In this document: one piece after another, positions 35,762 through 47,764 of the stretch
How the letters are laid out: each line of letters begins with the position of its first letter
How positions within the stretch are numbered: position 1 is the first letter of the stretch
NCBI GenBank assembly: GCA_030704615.1
Contig: CM060731.1
Coordinates: 38,440,001-38,504,000, forward strand
DNA from: Takakia lepidozioides
Lineage: Eukaryota; Plantae; Bryophyta
Direction: 5' to 3'
Length of the DNA: 64,000 bases
Position numbers and translations under genes: made by a program
The notes under the pieces: generated by a model
The model's database searches: none
Told to the model about the DNA's origin: nothing
Seen by the model: only the letters and a program-made list of their open reading frames with translations

Positions 35762-37569
35762 AACCAGTAACATGCAGAGAAGAGTGTGTGACTTCAAACA
35801 TGAGGGTGGGCGGTTCATTGTGAAAAAAGTTGAAAGAAATGTTCTGTTTCGTGAATGCAATGGTCCGTAGTGCACTTCCTGTGGTGTAAGCGACAACCAC
35901 AATCCGGGGCAGTGAATGTTCATTCAAGGGCTCTCATTGACATTCAACTATGAGCCACAACGATAGCAGCAAAACCTTGTTCATCCTTCTGGACGGAGTT
36001 GGTGACGCACATGAGGACACAACGGGCTGTGATATCATATAAGCTGATGCTGAGGAGGAACCACAACATGGTATTGATTGCAAGGGCATTGGGGCTATGG
36101 AAGATCTCTTGATGCACCATTTGGGTGAGAGAGCCAGGAGGAAGAAGAGTCGGATACGCTAGTTCAAGTGCCATGGAGAGTGAGGCAAACACATATTTGT
36201 ACAAAGGGGTGAAAGTGACTCGACTCTCCACCATCTTGTTGTTGCTTTGTTTGCAAATTCGTTTCGGCATAGGCAACGTGGGCATGTCCACAATCATGCC
36301 CTTCATTTACATTCTTGCCCCTCGTTTGGAGCCAAAAATGCCACGATCGCGAAAAGAGGCAAGAGGGTGCTAGACTTTGTGGGGATTGTTTGTCTGTACA
36401 AGACCCACCATGGTGCATGCATTCGTGAGAGAGAACATCGAATAACTTAGTGGTGAACGTGAGGAGCGTCAGCCACGATTGAATGTGGCCCTAACTTACC
36501 GAAGGCTTTACATCCTGCCCACGTGAAGTGTGGGTCCTGCCTCTGTTTTCAAGCTCTTAAAATATAATGCATCCAGCAATGAATTGATACTTCATAATGT
36601 GGAACAAGAGGAAGCTTCAAACAAGGAGGAGAGAAGGTGCCTCTACTTGATCTAGCAGCGTAGAGACAACTATTGCTCAAGGGGTTGTTGGAAGACCTCC
36701 GTGGTTATCTCGGGATAGATTATAATATTTCCAAAGGAGTAGAAAGGACAGCGAAGAGTTTATTTTCTATTTCTCTTCTGTTGCCCCAGCGCAAGCAAGG
36801 CAGGTCCAGTCTCTATCCGCACATGGTGGGAGCCCACGCTAAACCGTCCCCGGAGAAAGGAAGGAGAATCTCACTACATATTTTTCCTGCACGATTCAAA
36901 CAAGCAAGCTCTGAATTACAACTGAGGCAGTAGCAGCTCTGTGTGCAGAGTATCTCCCGCACGATGGTCAGCACCGGCTTCATGGTGATTACTAACTACG
37001 TTCACACTTTTTATAAACTATACTGGGTATAATACAAACATATCCGTGCTTGCAGCATGTAACCTTGTCAACTTCCATGTTACTATTTTCAGGAGTAGAT
37101 CAACTCAACGGCTCTCCAAAGTGCTGTCCGAGAATGTATTCTTGATAGGGGAATTGAAACGTACGATCTTGGAGAGTTTCTTAAGAGACAAATTTTCCGA
37201 CGCCATTGCAGCTGTTCTACTTGTTAGACTGCCAAAGATTCGAGTGCAAGTACCTAGTCTACAATGTCCACAGACTTTCTCCTCGTGCCAGTTGTCAGGC
37301 CGTCTCAACACAGAGACATTCAGCTCCCCCTGTGCCAAGGAGGTCTTCAATCTTCTGTCCAGGGAGACATGATGTCTATAATCTGGAGGTGCTTAAAAGT
37401 GAATGCGATAGTGTTCACGTACAAATATGTGACGTACTTAGGTATTGATGTCGGCTTGAATGATTGAAGTTGTGTACCTGTGTTCACCTTTCATGGAATG
37501 GGAATCGCAGATTCATCAGTTATGGCCGCCTGACGGTGAGGCTTATGACCTGGATGTGGTATTCTGGAT

Positions 37570-37730
37570 TGCTCGCATCTCTACAGGAGCTACACCTATG
37601 TGGGTGCATGCTTGGAAGTATCTACCGGAATATACCTGCCGCCTCACACAATTGCAAGAGCTTGACCTACATTGTTACATTGGCGTAAGGGGCATTCGGG
37701 GCTGCCTGAGCGTATCGGGAACTTGAGGGA
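37570..37730 (+). pseudogene. Short LRR remnant of the same NLR family
   Basis: ASLQELHLCGC, LPEYTCRLTQLQELDL, LPERIG; similar to 23439-24770. Confidence 0.65.
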
Positions 37731-38658
37731 CTGATGATCGTGAGGTGAGGTGGGGTGCAGAGGATGGCCAAGGACTGCTATGTCCCTGTCAGCGAATTCG
37801 AAAAGCTCAGCACATAGGGCCAGCTAGCAAACAAATAGCAATTGAATCCCACACACATATAGGGACCGTAGCAAACCAGAGAACCAGCTGCATGTCTTCT
37901 TTAGCTAGTTATTACCACCAAAGCATGTGTCCATTCAGTCCTACCAGCCATTGGGGGGGAGAGTTGCACCACCTAACAGTCAACTTAGGTATGTGTTGCT
38001 GTCCCCATCTCCCTTTACGGCGAAAGCCTTCAGCCTTGCCTTGCCTTGCCTATCTCACACACTCTGTTTCTTCTGTGTGGACAGAAAGATCTTTGTCCCA
38101 TACAATATGGTGTGTGTCCCATCACCCCATACTTATCTGGGAAGTGGCCAGGATTTGTTATGCTGATTATCGTGGGGCCTCCCTTGCATGGTAATTTGTA
38201 ATTTATACATTTTGCACTGTTCACTATCCTCCAGTTAATCTTGCTCTCATTCCTGTGGTACTGAGTGACCCTACCCTGTTCCTCAAAGGAACTTGGACCC
38301 GTACTCGGAAGTCCTGCAGATGGATTGAAGTTTGTCAAACTCCTGGGAAATTTTCAAATTACAGGTGGTTGTCTTGCTCTGAAACGTCTCATATCTTCAG
38401 GCTTCCCTGAGCCTGAATATCCCATCTTAATGGCTCTTTTGAACATATGTGCTTACCTGGTATCTGGGGACAGGGTCGGTGGTTGGACTTTGTGTGGGAA
38501 CTAGTACACACATGTGTTTTTCCAGTATTATTTGTCCTTTTTGTCTAAATTAGGGGACTATCTCATCTCCCTGGTCCTTGAGTTGTTACAGGTGGGAGCG
38601 TACTGCAGAATTCTGTAGGTTGAGACTGTGGCTCAACTTGGGGTTCTGTTTCTTCCTT

Positions 38659-38741
38659 TGCATCGAAGGTCTAGTCTGCTAACATCAAGGTACGAATTTT
38701 GCATCGAGGGTCTAGTCTGCTAGCACCAAGGTACGAATTTT
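38659..38741. repeat. ~41-bp tandem repeat (2 copies)
   Basis: tgcatcga(a/g)ggtctagtctgcta..caaggtacgaattt x2. Confidence 0.85.
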
Positions 38742-39104
38742 CCATCTCATCTCTTCCCAGTAACTCAGATCGATTTCTTCTCAGGGTTCAAAGGTGCTTG
38801 AAGGCATTTGGCGGTAAGTTCACATGTAAAAAATGTGACCATGTATGTCAACTTTAATCTGTATATATGGAACATGGCAAGCTGGAGTAGGTGGGGTTTC
38901 ACAAAGTAATAGCTGCATCCAGCATTCTGTAAATCAGAAGTGCTATCAATCATCTTTCGGCCAACTTTAAAAAGAAAACATCATTCAAACAAGCAGCTCA
39001 CAATCGAGTGATTCACGGAAGTTTTGCTCGGCGCACTAACTATTATGGTGAACCCTCCTCTGCTTCTGCAGTCTCACATAGTTATGGTCTTGTTGTTGCA
39101 GCTT

Positions 39105-42100
39105 ATGGAGAGGCTTAGAGACAAACCTGGATGTGGTGCTCTTTCATGGCCTGCAGTTCGGCAACTTAGGAGTGGAAGCTTGGATGAGACTGTGGATGAG
39201 ACTTTTCTATCCAGATCTTCGGGAAGCCACTTTGCAGGCCAGCAAACAGTCTCATCACCATGTTGGACCAAGCTTCCACGTGGTGATGAGACTGTTTGCT
39301 GGCCTGCGAAGTGGCTTCCCGAAGATCTGGATACAAAAGTGCAAGTGCTTTCTCTCTCATGATGCAGAGCACACATGAGCCCAGAGGGAGGAAACAACGA
39401 AGACGTCTGCGACATTGGCCAAAAACCTTCTAGAGAGTTTTGTGAATAGGTAGTCCGCCACTTTCTCTCCATAGCCAGCTCCCCTCATTGAAGCTATGGG
39501 GTGTACATGTAGAAGTCATCAGCCATCGTTGATCACCAGCTTTGAGTGCATTTCTTCGAGGGCAAGGAGTGCTGTTATTCAAGTTGCAGTTCAAGTGAAT
39601 TTTACTGTGGATTTTACTGACTCACATGGCCGTGGCCCCGGCTTGTAATCAGAGTACAGATATCAGGCTTGTGTGGTGAAAACCAAAGATAACTTATATT
39701 TGTGAGGCTCGAAATAAAGCTTAAGGTTGATCTGGAGCATCTCTAGTTAAGTAACATGCGCAGAGACTTTCTTGTCTTTTGCAATCAGCACCAGGGACGG
39801 AAATCTATGGGATCCTCTGTCATCAGTAGGACTGCATGATATATAGTCATGTGGCATACCTTAAAGTGTCCCATGTTATGCAGTGGTGTCCAGCACAAGC
39901 TCGGGCCTCTGCAATTTTGCAGCGGGAGATGGAATGATGGCAAACAAAACCCGATGGTTCTGGTTGGCCATAACTTTGGGGGCCTTGTCATCAAGAGTTT
40001 GATTGTGGAGGCTCACAGAAGAAGCTCTCACCCCCCAAAAAATGGGTATTGTACTTCATGCAGTCCCACATGCGGGAAGTACAAATATGGAGACTTACAT
40101 CAGGAAATGCTGCAAACTTTTTGGGACCTATAGCTAAGTGGGATAATGAGAAATATCAATCCCTTCCAGCGAAAAATGGAGGAGCTCTCAATAGAAATAC
40201 AGAGTTGTGGGCAGCTCCCTCAATGTCTATGCTTTACAGAGGGCAAGCCCGCCGGTAAATTTACCAAATTTGTCTGGTAATGGGGGAAGGAAGGAGAGTC
40301 CTAGAATGATTGATGAGGTAGCCAAATTGAATGACTTGACACCGATTTGCATAGAGTAGGTATATATATATACACACACATCAGATCGTACACTTGGAGA
40401 GATCAAGGAGCATGGAAGGTACTGCATTGAGGATAGAGAGCTTAGTGCCGTTCTATTGCTTTTTCCAGAATGCCGCAATTGCCTGCTGTTGTGTTGGCCA
40501 CTGAAAAACTAGAAGAATCAGGTGCTAATTCCAGGTATAATGGGCTTGGATTGTGCAGGAGGTTATGGTGGAGCGTGCCTCCACAACAAAACACTACCAA
40601 ATTGAAGATGCAGACCATCCAAGTTTGTAGGCCAACCAGCCAGACGCATGTGAGCCAGCAAAAGCTTCTTGAACTCCTTCAGCTAATCCAAAACCAGGAA
40701 GTGAGTGATCCCCCCCTACTTCTTTGTTGAACCACGTACTTTACTCCAGGAATGGCAGAGTGTGGTGCCATATTTGGCCCCATGTCCAAAGATGTTGGGC
40801 CAAAAACATTTACCATTAGCAAAGACCTTATTTCTCTTGCTCGCACATCCCTATCTTCTTGCAAATAAACTTCTTGAGTCAGAGCTGGATTCCTGAACTC
40901 CCGATACATTTGGTTGGACTCTCAGAACATGTCGACAATGTGAAGGGCCGACTCGAAGGGGTTCCTAGAATGGGTGTAGTTGGGATGGGCGGTATTGGCA
41001 TTACAACGTTGGCAAAGGAGGTCTACCATGATCTCACCTGCATGGATTTGGATGCGTACAGCTTCCTGCCAGACATCAGATCAAGTGGCATTCTGATACA
41101 GAGACAGCTATTACGGGACATAGGTAACAGTATGGATCAGAGTAGCAGTCAAAATGCGGAGCAAGTTCAGATGCTCAAAGAGAAGGGTTTGAAGGATGAA
41201 AAAGTGCTCTTGGTGTTGGACTATGCTAGCACTAAGGGCCAAATGGTTGCTTTGGGTCTAAGTAAGCAGTTGAAAACTGGTAGTGAAGTAATTGTGACAA
41301 GCCAGAATTGGGGGATACTACATGGATATGTTGATTGGAAGTATGACATGGAGGGACTCGGCAAAGAGCAAGCCCTGGATCTATTTTGCCGCCACGCTTT
41401 TATAGCTGGAGACAAGCGAAAACAGGAATTTGAAGCAGTGACAGAGAGGATTGTGGCTGGTTGTGGTGGGCTTCCTTTGAGCCTACAGGTTATGGGTGCT
41501 TCTCTTTGCTATTGTAATGATTTGGACGAATGGAAAGATGCACTAGACAGGCTTGGAAAGGCACAGCCTTTGGAAGATGATGAGGATGAATATGTGTGGA
41601 GCCGGTTGAAAATTAGTTACAATTCCTTAGGGGAGGTGGAGCAAAATATGTTTCTTGACATTGCTTGCTTTTTTCATAAGGGTCTCTTTTTGGACTATGG
41701 TAGTGACCCGAATGACCAGTTTTCCCAAGGTATGCCTTCTGAAACAGGGCTGCGGATATGGAGTCCCTGGTCAGCAAAGCTTGGATTGAAAAACCTTTGG
41801 GACAGATCGCCTGTGAAAATAGACGGCCGCAAAGGAGTTGCTCACATTGCATGATCAGTTGCAGGACGTGGGTCGAGCCATTGCAAGAAATAATTCTCTA
41901 CCATTTGGTGACCGGTTATGGAAGGTGGAGACAACAGAAAATGCCATTCGAGATAAAAAGGTGATGGATCTCACAACTTTAATGTGGTGCGCTTGGCCTT
42001 CAGCCAGATTTGTTAAAATTGATGTTAATCAGTTTGGTGCAAGCAGGACATGACTGAGTGGATCTAGCATGTCAATGACTGGATCTCACATCTGAATCAA

Positions 42101-42443
42101 TCATATGTGACCTACTTCTGATAAAGCACCTCATTTCACACCTTACTTCCTTTTTTGCGCAGGTGTATAGCACTGTGGAAGGCCTCTCATTGGCAGGCTC
42201 AACAATGAAGCTTTCGGCGATGGAGGGAACACTGAGCAAGTTAACAAAATTACCCGCCTACGTTTGCTCAACTTGGATGGTTGCAGCCCGGAAAATGTGG
42301 AGTACTGTCTCGGGGAACATGCCAGTCAACTAAGAATTCTTTTTCTTCGCAATACGCAATTAACAGATCTGCCAACATCCTTTGCATATCTTGGGATGTT
42401 ACGTGTGCTTGACTTGAGTTACAATTACGACTTGTGCAGACTA
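39105..42443 (+). pseudogene. Alpha/beta-hydrolase-NB-ARC-LRR (HNL) immune receptor, disrupted and truncated in the early LRRs
   Basis: Hydrolase motifs LDVVLFHGLQ, VCWPAKWLPEDL..VLSLS, PMVLVGHNFGGLVIKSL, GIVLHAVPHAGS, DADH..VCRP. NB-ARC ORF 40859-41854 has GMGGIGITTLA, VLLVLDYA, GSEVIVTS, GGLPLSL, MFLDIACFF, LHDQL. Intron 41961-42162, then LRRs LRILFLRNTQLTDLP..LRVLDLSYN. Multiple frameshifts. Confidence 0.9.
39201..39340. repeat. Near-perfect inverted repeat (~65-bp arms, ~7-nt loop) inside the HNL hydrolase exon
   Basis: 39201-39267 is the reverse complement of 39275-39340. The ORF track shows the same peptide on both strands (39024+ and 39074-). Confidence 0.95.
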
Positions 42444-42899
42444 GATTTGCGCAGCTTGGGTAGCTGCTCACAATACCTGTTTTCAGGACAGTGTACTTTC
42501 TCTCCTTCCTTGTTTCTCAAGGTCTTCGCCTCTAGCTCATAGCTCACAGATCCGCTCGGCTCTCTCTTGGAGTCATAAGAACGCTCCTCTCCCAGGCTTC
42601 GTCTATTTTCATTGTCTTGTGGTTGCTAGTATGCAGGAGGGACATTCTGTTTTTATATCGAAATTTCACCATGTAATGAAGAATTTAAATCATTTAATCT
42701 ATTTTTATTTTTATATAATATTTTTAAATTAAACAATACTACCATTTAATAAAATTTTCCAAGCTGCTATTCCCTTTTTTCTTTTTTCTTTTTAAAAAAA
42801 TAAAAAAATCAAAGATTATTCTTGATGACTCGTGGCATAAACCCTACTTGAACTAGAACACGTGACATTATATGATACAACATTCTTTTATCCATATTT

Positions 42900-43256
42900 T
42901 CACCACGTGTAAAGATAAATAGTCATATATTCTGTCCAAGTGCCACATGTCCATCTGAAGTGCAACAGGTGTCGTGGCGTGTCGCCTGCACAATGGTGCA
43001 CATGTTCCTCTAAAGCCTTTCCATGTAGGCAACGCTCAACATACAATGTAGTCATAGAGTTTTGCCTACATCCCTCTCTTATGGATGACTACAGGTGCCA
43101 CACACGCAGTCACGGCTATGACGTGCAAAACGCAGTCCTACAGACTAGTCGCTATGACAAGGTTTTTTTCACTACAGAGTGATGTAGTCATGAACGCATA
43201 TAGGTTTGAAAAAATAGTCATATGTGCAGTCATAAAAACATTCATCTGTTGTAGTG
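42900..43256. mobile_element. CACTA transposon terminus
   Basis: Ends ..TGTTGTAGTG (minus strand CACTACAACAG..TATGAC), with many AGTCAT/ATGAC subterminal motifs. Other end not found. Confidence 0.65.
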
Positions 43257-43269
43257 CTGAGTAGAATGA

Positions 43270-43700
43270 GGCAATATATATGGCCAAATGAGGGCTGGCC
43301 TGTCTGTTTCTTTCTCTCTTCACAGGTCCATTAGACAGGGATGCCCTCTAGCTCCATTTCTCTTCCTATTTGTAGCTAACACCCTAGGATACCTGCTTGA
43401 CTCTGAGGCCTCGGTGCATGGTCTAAGAATAAGGAACCCCATGACACAGTTGTGTATCCAAGTAAAAGACTCTATGTTTGTTGACGATACCTTCTTGCTA
43501 TCGGATGCCAACCCCAACACCCTTCAGGCTGCCCAAGATACATTGGCCCAGTTCTGTGATGTCTCTGGCTTCAGGGTCAATTGGAGTAAAACCAAGGCCA
43601 TCCTGGTGGGTGACCTCACTCAATCAGAAATTGGCGATACCCCCTCATGGGGCGAAGAATTTGGTCTGGTTTGGCTGGCATCTGGTGAACCAACAACACT
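43270..43700 (+). mobile_element. L1-clade reverse transcriptase fragment
   Basis: RSIRQGCPLAPFLF..MFVDDT..SGFRVNWSKT. Confidence 0.88.
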
Positions 43701-43829
43701 CCCAATCAATGGAAGCTCATCCTAAGGGGTGGTAAGGAAATCCATAAGGAACACCAATGGGTTCACTATGCCATGCATCACCAAACAAATACAAAACACG
43801 GCATTTGGAAAACGGTCCCTCTTTACAAA

Positions 43830-46800
43830 CAAGATTTGTATAACACAAGTCTTTGCAAAACGGATTCTTAAATTAGCTAAGCCAGACTAGGTATGCAGTC
43901 CCTTTCTCACCATCTAAGATTGATGTCCCATCAACGCTTCTTCCGCTTTTGAGGTCGTCCTTCAAAGGCTGGGACCGCCTCGGGTGCGTTTCCTATTTTC
44001 AAGGCACACATCTAAGTTGCCTGCACTTGATGGTGTAAGTTTTGTTAAACTAGTCATGCATTAACAAGAGGATCCAAAGGACCTGAATACAGATAGCACT
44101 TTGCTTTGGCTATTTAACTACTTGGGTGATAGGCCTTAGTCTATCACTGATAATGACTGAGTACCTACATAAACGGAAGAGCAAATGAGTGACTTACGCG
44201 ACCGCAAGGGAAAGCAAATGGGACTGCATAAATTACGCTCCTAACTTATCTGAGGACTGACATGGTTGCGTCCTCCTCTAAACTAACACCCTCTCTCAGT
44301 CCTCAAAAACGCAGACTCTATTATCTATGTAATATCGCGTGCCAAGAATATTCCAGGGTGTGACTCCATTAGTCCTGAAGTTCCCTCAGACTACATACTC
44401 CCAAATCTTCTCTAAACTTCTCAAATTTCAATCTGCGCAAAAGTTTTGTGAAAACGTCAGCCACTTGATCTTGAGTATCAACATGAATGAGATCAATTTC
44501 TCCGCTTAAGAAAACGGTCTTGACGTCAAGATGGTATATGGGCCACAAATTGAGAGCAGCTCGACTGTTCCTCGTATTGTACCTCACTTCACGATAGGCG
44601 CAAAACTCTCGTCAAAGTCCACACCTTCATTTTGTTCAAACCCTCGAGCAACCAAACGAGCTTTTAGTTTCTGAGGAATCTACATACCAATTTGTGTCCT
44701 TATCTGTATCCATTGAGGCTATTGCAACCTCCAATATGTGGGCAGTGTTTGACTCGTCTCCATCTTCAGAATCATGACCATCTTGATCATTTTTCATCAT
44801 ATTGGCTTGTTAGATCGAGCGGTTTCTCATGATCTTCTCGTAGGGAACTGCACAGTGTTTGGCCCAATGACCTACTTTTCCACATCTATTGCAGTTGTAA
44901 GGCAAAATCTTCTTCTGCGACCTACCGCCTCCAAAGTTGCGATCTCATTTCCTCTGGTGGAATTTCTTGAATTTCACCCATAAGGCCTCATCATCGTTAT
45001 TTGACTCATTGTTGATGTTCTTGAGCTCTCGCCGGTTCTCCTCATGCAGCAATATACCTATCAATTCTTCAAGAGAAGACATCTCCCTGTGAGTCATAAT
45101 AGATTGTGTGTAATGCTCATACGAATCAGGCAAGGCATTCAAGACCATCTCTACAATGATATCATCATCAATGACCTCACCAAAATCAGCTAGCTGGTTT
45201 GTTAAATCAGTGACTGTCTCAATGAAAGTTTCCGTTGGAGTGTCATCATCTTTCTTGAGCATCGTGAGTTTCTTACGAAGCATGAGCCTCCTCGAGTTAG
45301 CCTTGACCTCATTGATGCTAGTCAAATAATCCCAGACAACTTTTGGATCAGTCATGTGTTTGATGGATAGAATAATCTTATTCGAAACGGAAAGATTTAT
45401 GATGCTAAGTGCTCTACGTTTCTGTCTCTCGAATAGTGCCCTGTTCTTGTCGGTGACCTCAAAATCTTTCTCGACAGTATGAGCAATTTCATCTCTTAGC
45501 AACAGATTGTGGACTTTGAATTTCACACAACAAAGTTAAATTGTCAACTAACTTGTTAGTCTCTGAGACCTCCCCCATTGTTCTCTGACCCTTGTCCAGA
45601 CGACATGATGAAGAACTACTACTAGATTAGTATAATATTCTAGATAGAAATGACAAAACTACTATTGGAAATCTTAGTAAAATATTCTAGAATGACAGAT
45701 TACAGCTTTGGAGCATTGCTCACAAAGTATAAATAAAACACGTAAAAGACAGAAACAGCTAGTGGAGCAAAGTTGCATACCGGAAATCTTCCTTGCGATT
45801 CCCAGACTCTCAGAGAATTCCAAAGTCCCCCTCATGTTCTGATACCATGTAAGTTTTGTTAAACTAGACTAAGTTATGCATTAACAAGAGGATCCAAAGG
45901 ACCTAAACACAAATAACACTTTGCTTTGGCCATTTAACTACTGCGGTGATGGGCCTAAGTTTATCACTGATAGTGTCTGAGTACCTACATAAACGGAAGA
46001 GCAAGTAAGTGACTTACGGCACCGCAAGGGAAGCAGATGGGACTGCATAAATTACGCTCCTTACTTATCTGAGGACTGACATGGTTGCGTCATCCTCTAA
46101 ACTATCACCTAATAACCATTATATTTCACGAGAGACTCTGTTTCTCGGTTCTTGAACCTTCTCAGCTTAAGTACTGCCTCTACCTCGTGGACTCACGTCC
46201 AGAGGTAGTCGAAATTTTTTAATGTTCAACCAAACTTCCATGCTTGCTGAACAAACTTGATCTTCCTTCAACTTTGATTTGCTTACAACTCATAGCGCTT
46301 TCTTGCTTTGGCAATGTTGAATTTTGCAAGCTCTACCAAACGCTTACGTTCCTCCAACACTGACATTGTTGTTGGAACCTTTTCTTCATCCCCTTAGGTC
46401 TCATCCTAATTATTTGCTTGGGTGGCCCAAGTTGTAGGTAGCAAATGTACTTTCTTATAGGTCACTTGGATACATCGGCAGAGTTCTGTTATGATAATGT
46501 AGAACACTACGCAAATAGGCTAGGCTTCTCCCTTTCAAGTGGGCTATGGGAAAGCACCTTTGGTGCCAGCACGACAAGGGTCGTCCAAGCAAATAAGGAT
46601 GAGGCCGGAAGGGATGAAGAAAAGGTTCAAGCGGCAATTGGCTTGCAAAATCCAACATCGCAAAAGCAAGAAAGTGCTATGAGTTGGAAGCAAATCGGAT
46701 CGGAATGAGGTCAAGTGTGAAGCACACATGGAGGTCCGGTTGAACATTAAGATTTTTCAACTTTTTCGACTACCGGTGTGTCCAAAGTTCATGCTTTGGT

Positions 46801-47160
46801 AACCGGTAAGTATATTGTACGTTCTAATTAATATCATTTTATTTTTTATTTTTGAAGAAAATCTATCAGTCTTTGAATATGAAAAACAATGCTTTTGCTC
46901 CTGGAGAGTGCATGCTCTCTTTCCCAGTCTTAGGCTTCAGCTGCTTGCTGGTTGGATCATCCTCGATTCTGTTCATTTCTCCCTACGGCATCCCTACGCT
47001 GTTTTACTTTGTCTGTTCCTACTATTTCCATCTTGCCCCCCTTTTCTTTTCTTTTGGTCACGAAGCAGAGCCTTCCCTTATCAGCCTCCATGGCACTCTC
47101 CCATAGGTTATTTTTTCCTCTTCGTACTTTTCGGACCATTTGGTCCCTAACTATAAATTT
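43830..47160 (-). mobile_element. Inverted copy of the Gypsy-derived composite repeat at 20990-22230, split by a nested Copia
   Basis: 43830-44033 and 46113-47160 match the reverse complement of 22230-20990. The host junction cacttgatgg^taaccatt lies in the chromodomain. Confidence 0.8.
44034..46107 (-). mobile_element. Internally deleted Ty1/Copia LTR retrotransposon (~2.07 kb)
   Basis: LTRs 45848-46107 and 44034-44288 (TG..CA), PBS TGGTATCAGA next to 45847, PPT GAGAGAGGG next to 44289. Gag ORF 44945-45526 (UBN2-like), knuckle CNRCGKVGHWAKHC, RT scraps [11 protein letters not shown] and HLDVKTVFL, RNase H end ADVFTK. No intact TSD. Confidence 0.93.
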
Positions 47161-47764
47161 TTGAGGCTACTGTCCCTTTTCTTTCAACATGCAAAAGAGA
47201 AAAGAAGAAAAGAAAAAGAACTTAATTGAAGTGGCTAGCCATTTTCTGCATGATTTTATTTGAATTGTATTCATCCATCTTACAAGATGGATAATCATGG
47301 ATTACAATGGCCTTCATCCCCAAGCAGCATTCTCATCCCTTCCAAGGATGTAGATTTGAAGGGGTGGAGGCACGAAGAGGTAAAAGCAACGTGAAGAGGT
47401 GATTATGAAAAGGTGGCGGATCATATCTACTCATATCCTCTTATATTTATCATAAACTATTCCTTTATTAAATTCCCCCAAGAAAAAGAAAAGAAAAAGA
47501 AAAACATCACTCGTAGAAAAGCACAGAAAAGAGGAAAAAAAGACAATAACACGTGCGAGTATCCCCCAGCCGGGAAACGAGCGGCGACGTGCGGGGAACC
47601 TCCGCCGGTGAACGTGTCCGCGGAGGGGGAAAGAGAGCGGTTGGGGTAGTTGGGTGGTACCCCTTCCGCGCTGATCTCCTTCCCCCTCCTGCTCAGAGAT
47701 ACAGGGAAGAATCCCAATTTCTGGACAGTGGTGGAAAGATCTGCGAAGGCTGTTCGGTTGAGCT

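Noticed and set aside
25723-35927. Long minus-strand ORFs over PPR genes (e.g. 25723, 26446, 34302, 35507)
   Set aside because: Antisense shadows of PPR coding sequence with no independent motifs.
36560-37510. Degenerate NB-ARC start (YLGID..VPVFTFHGMG)
   Set aside because: Resemblance is too short and interrupted to call without an HMM search.
16763-43700. RT pieces at 16.8-17.1 kb and 43.3-43.7 kb as one split L1
   Set aside because: Order and strand are compatible, but intervening RT motifs are missing and nothing links them; treated as separate fragments.
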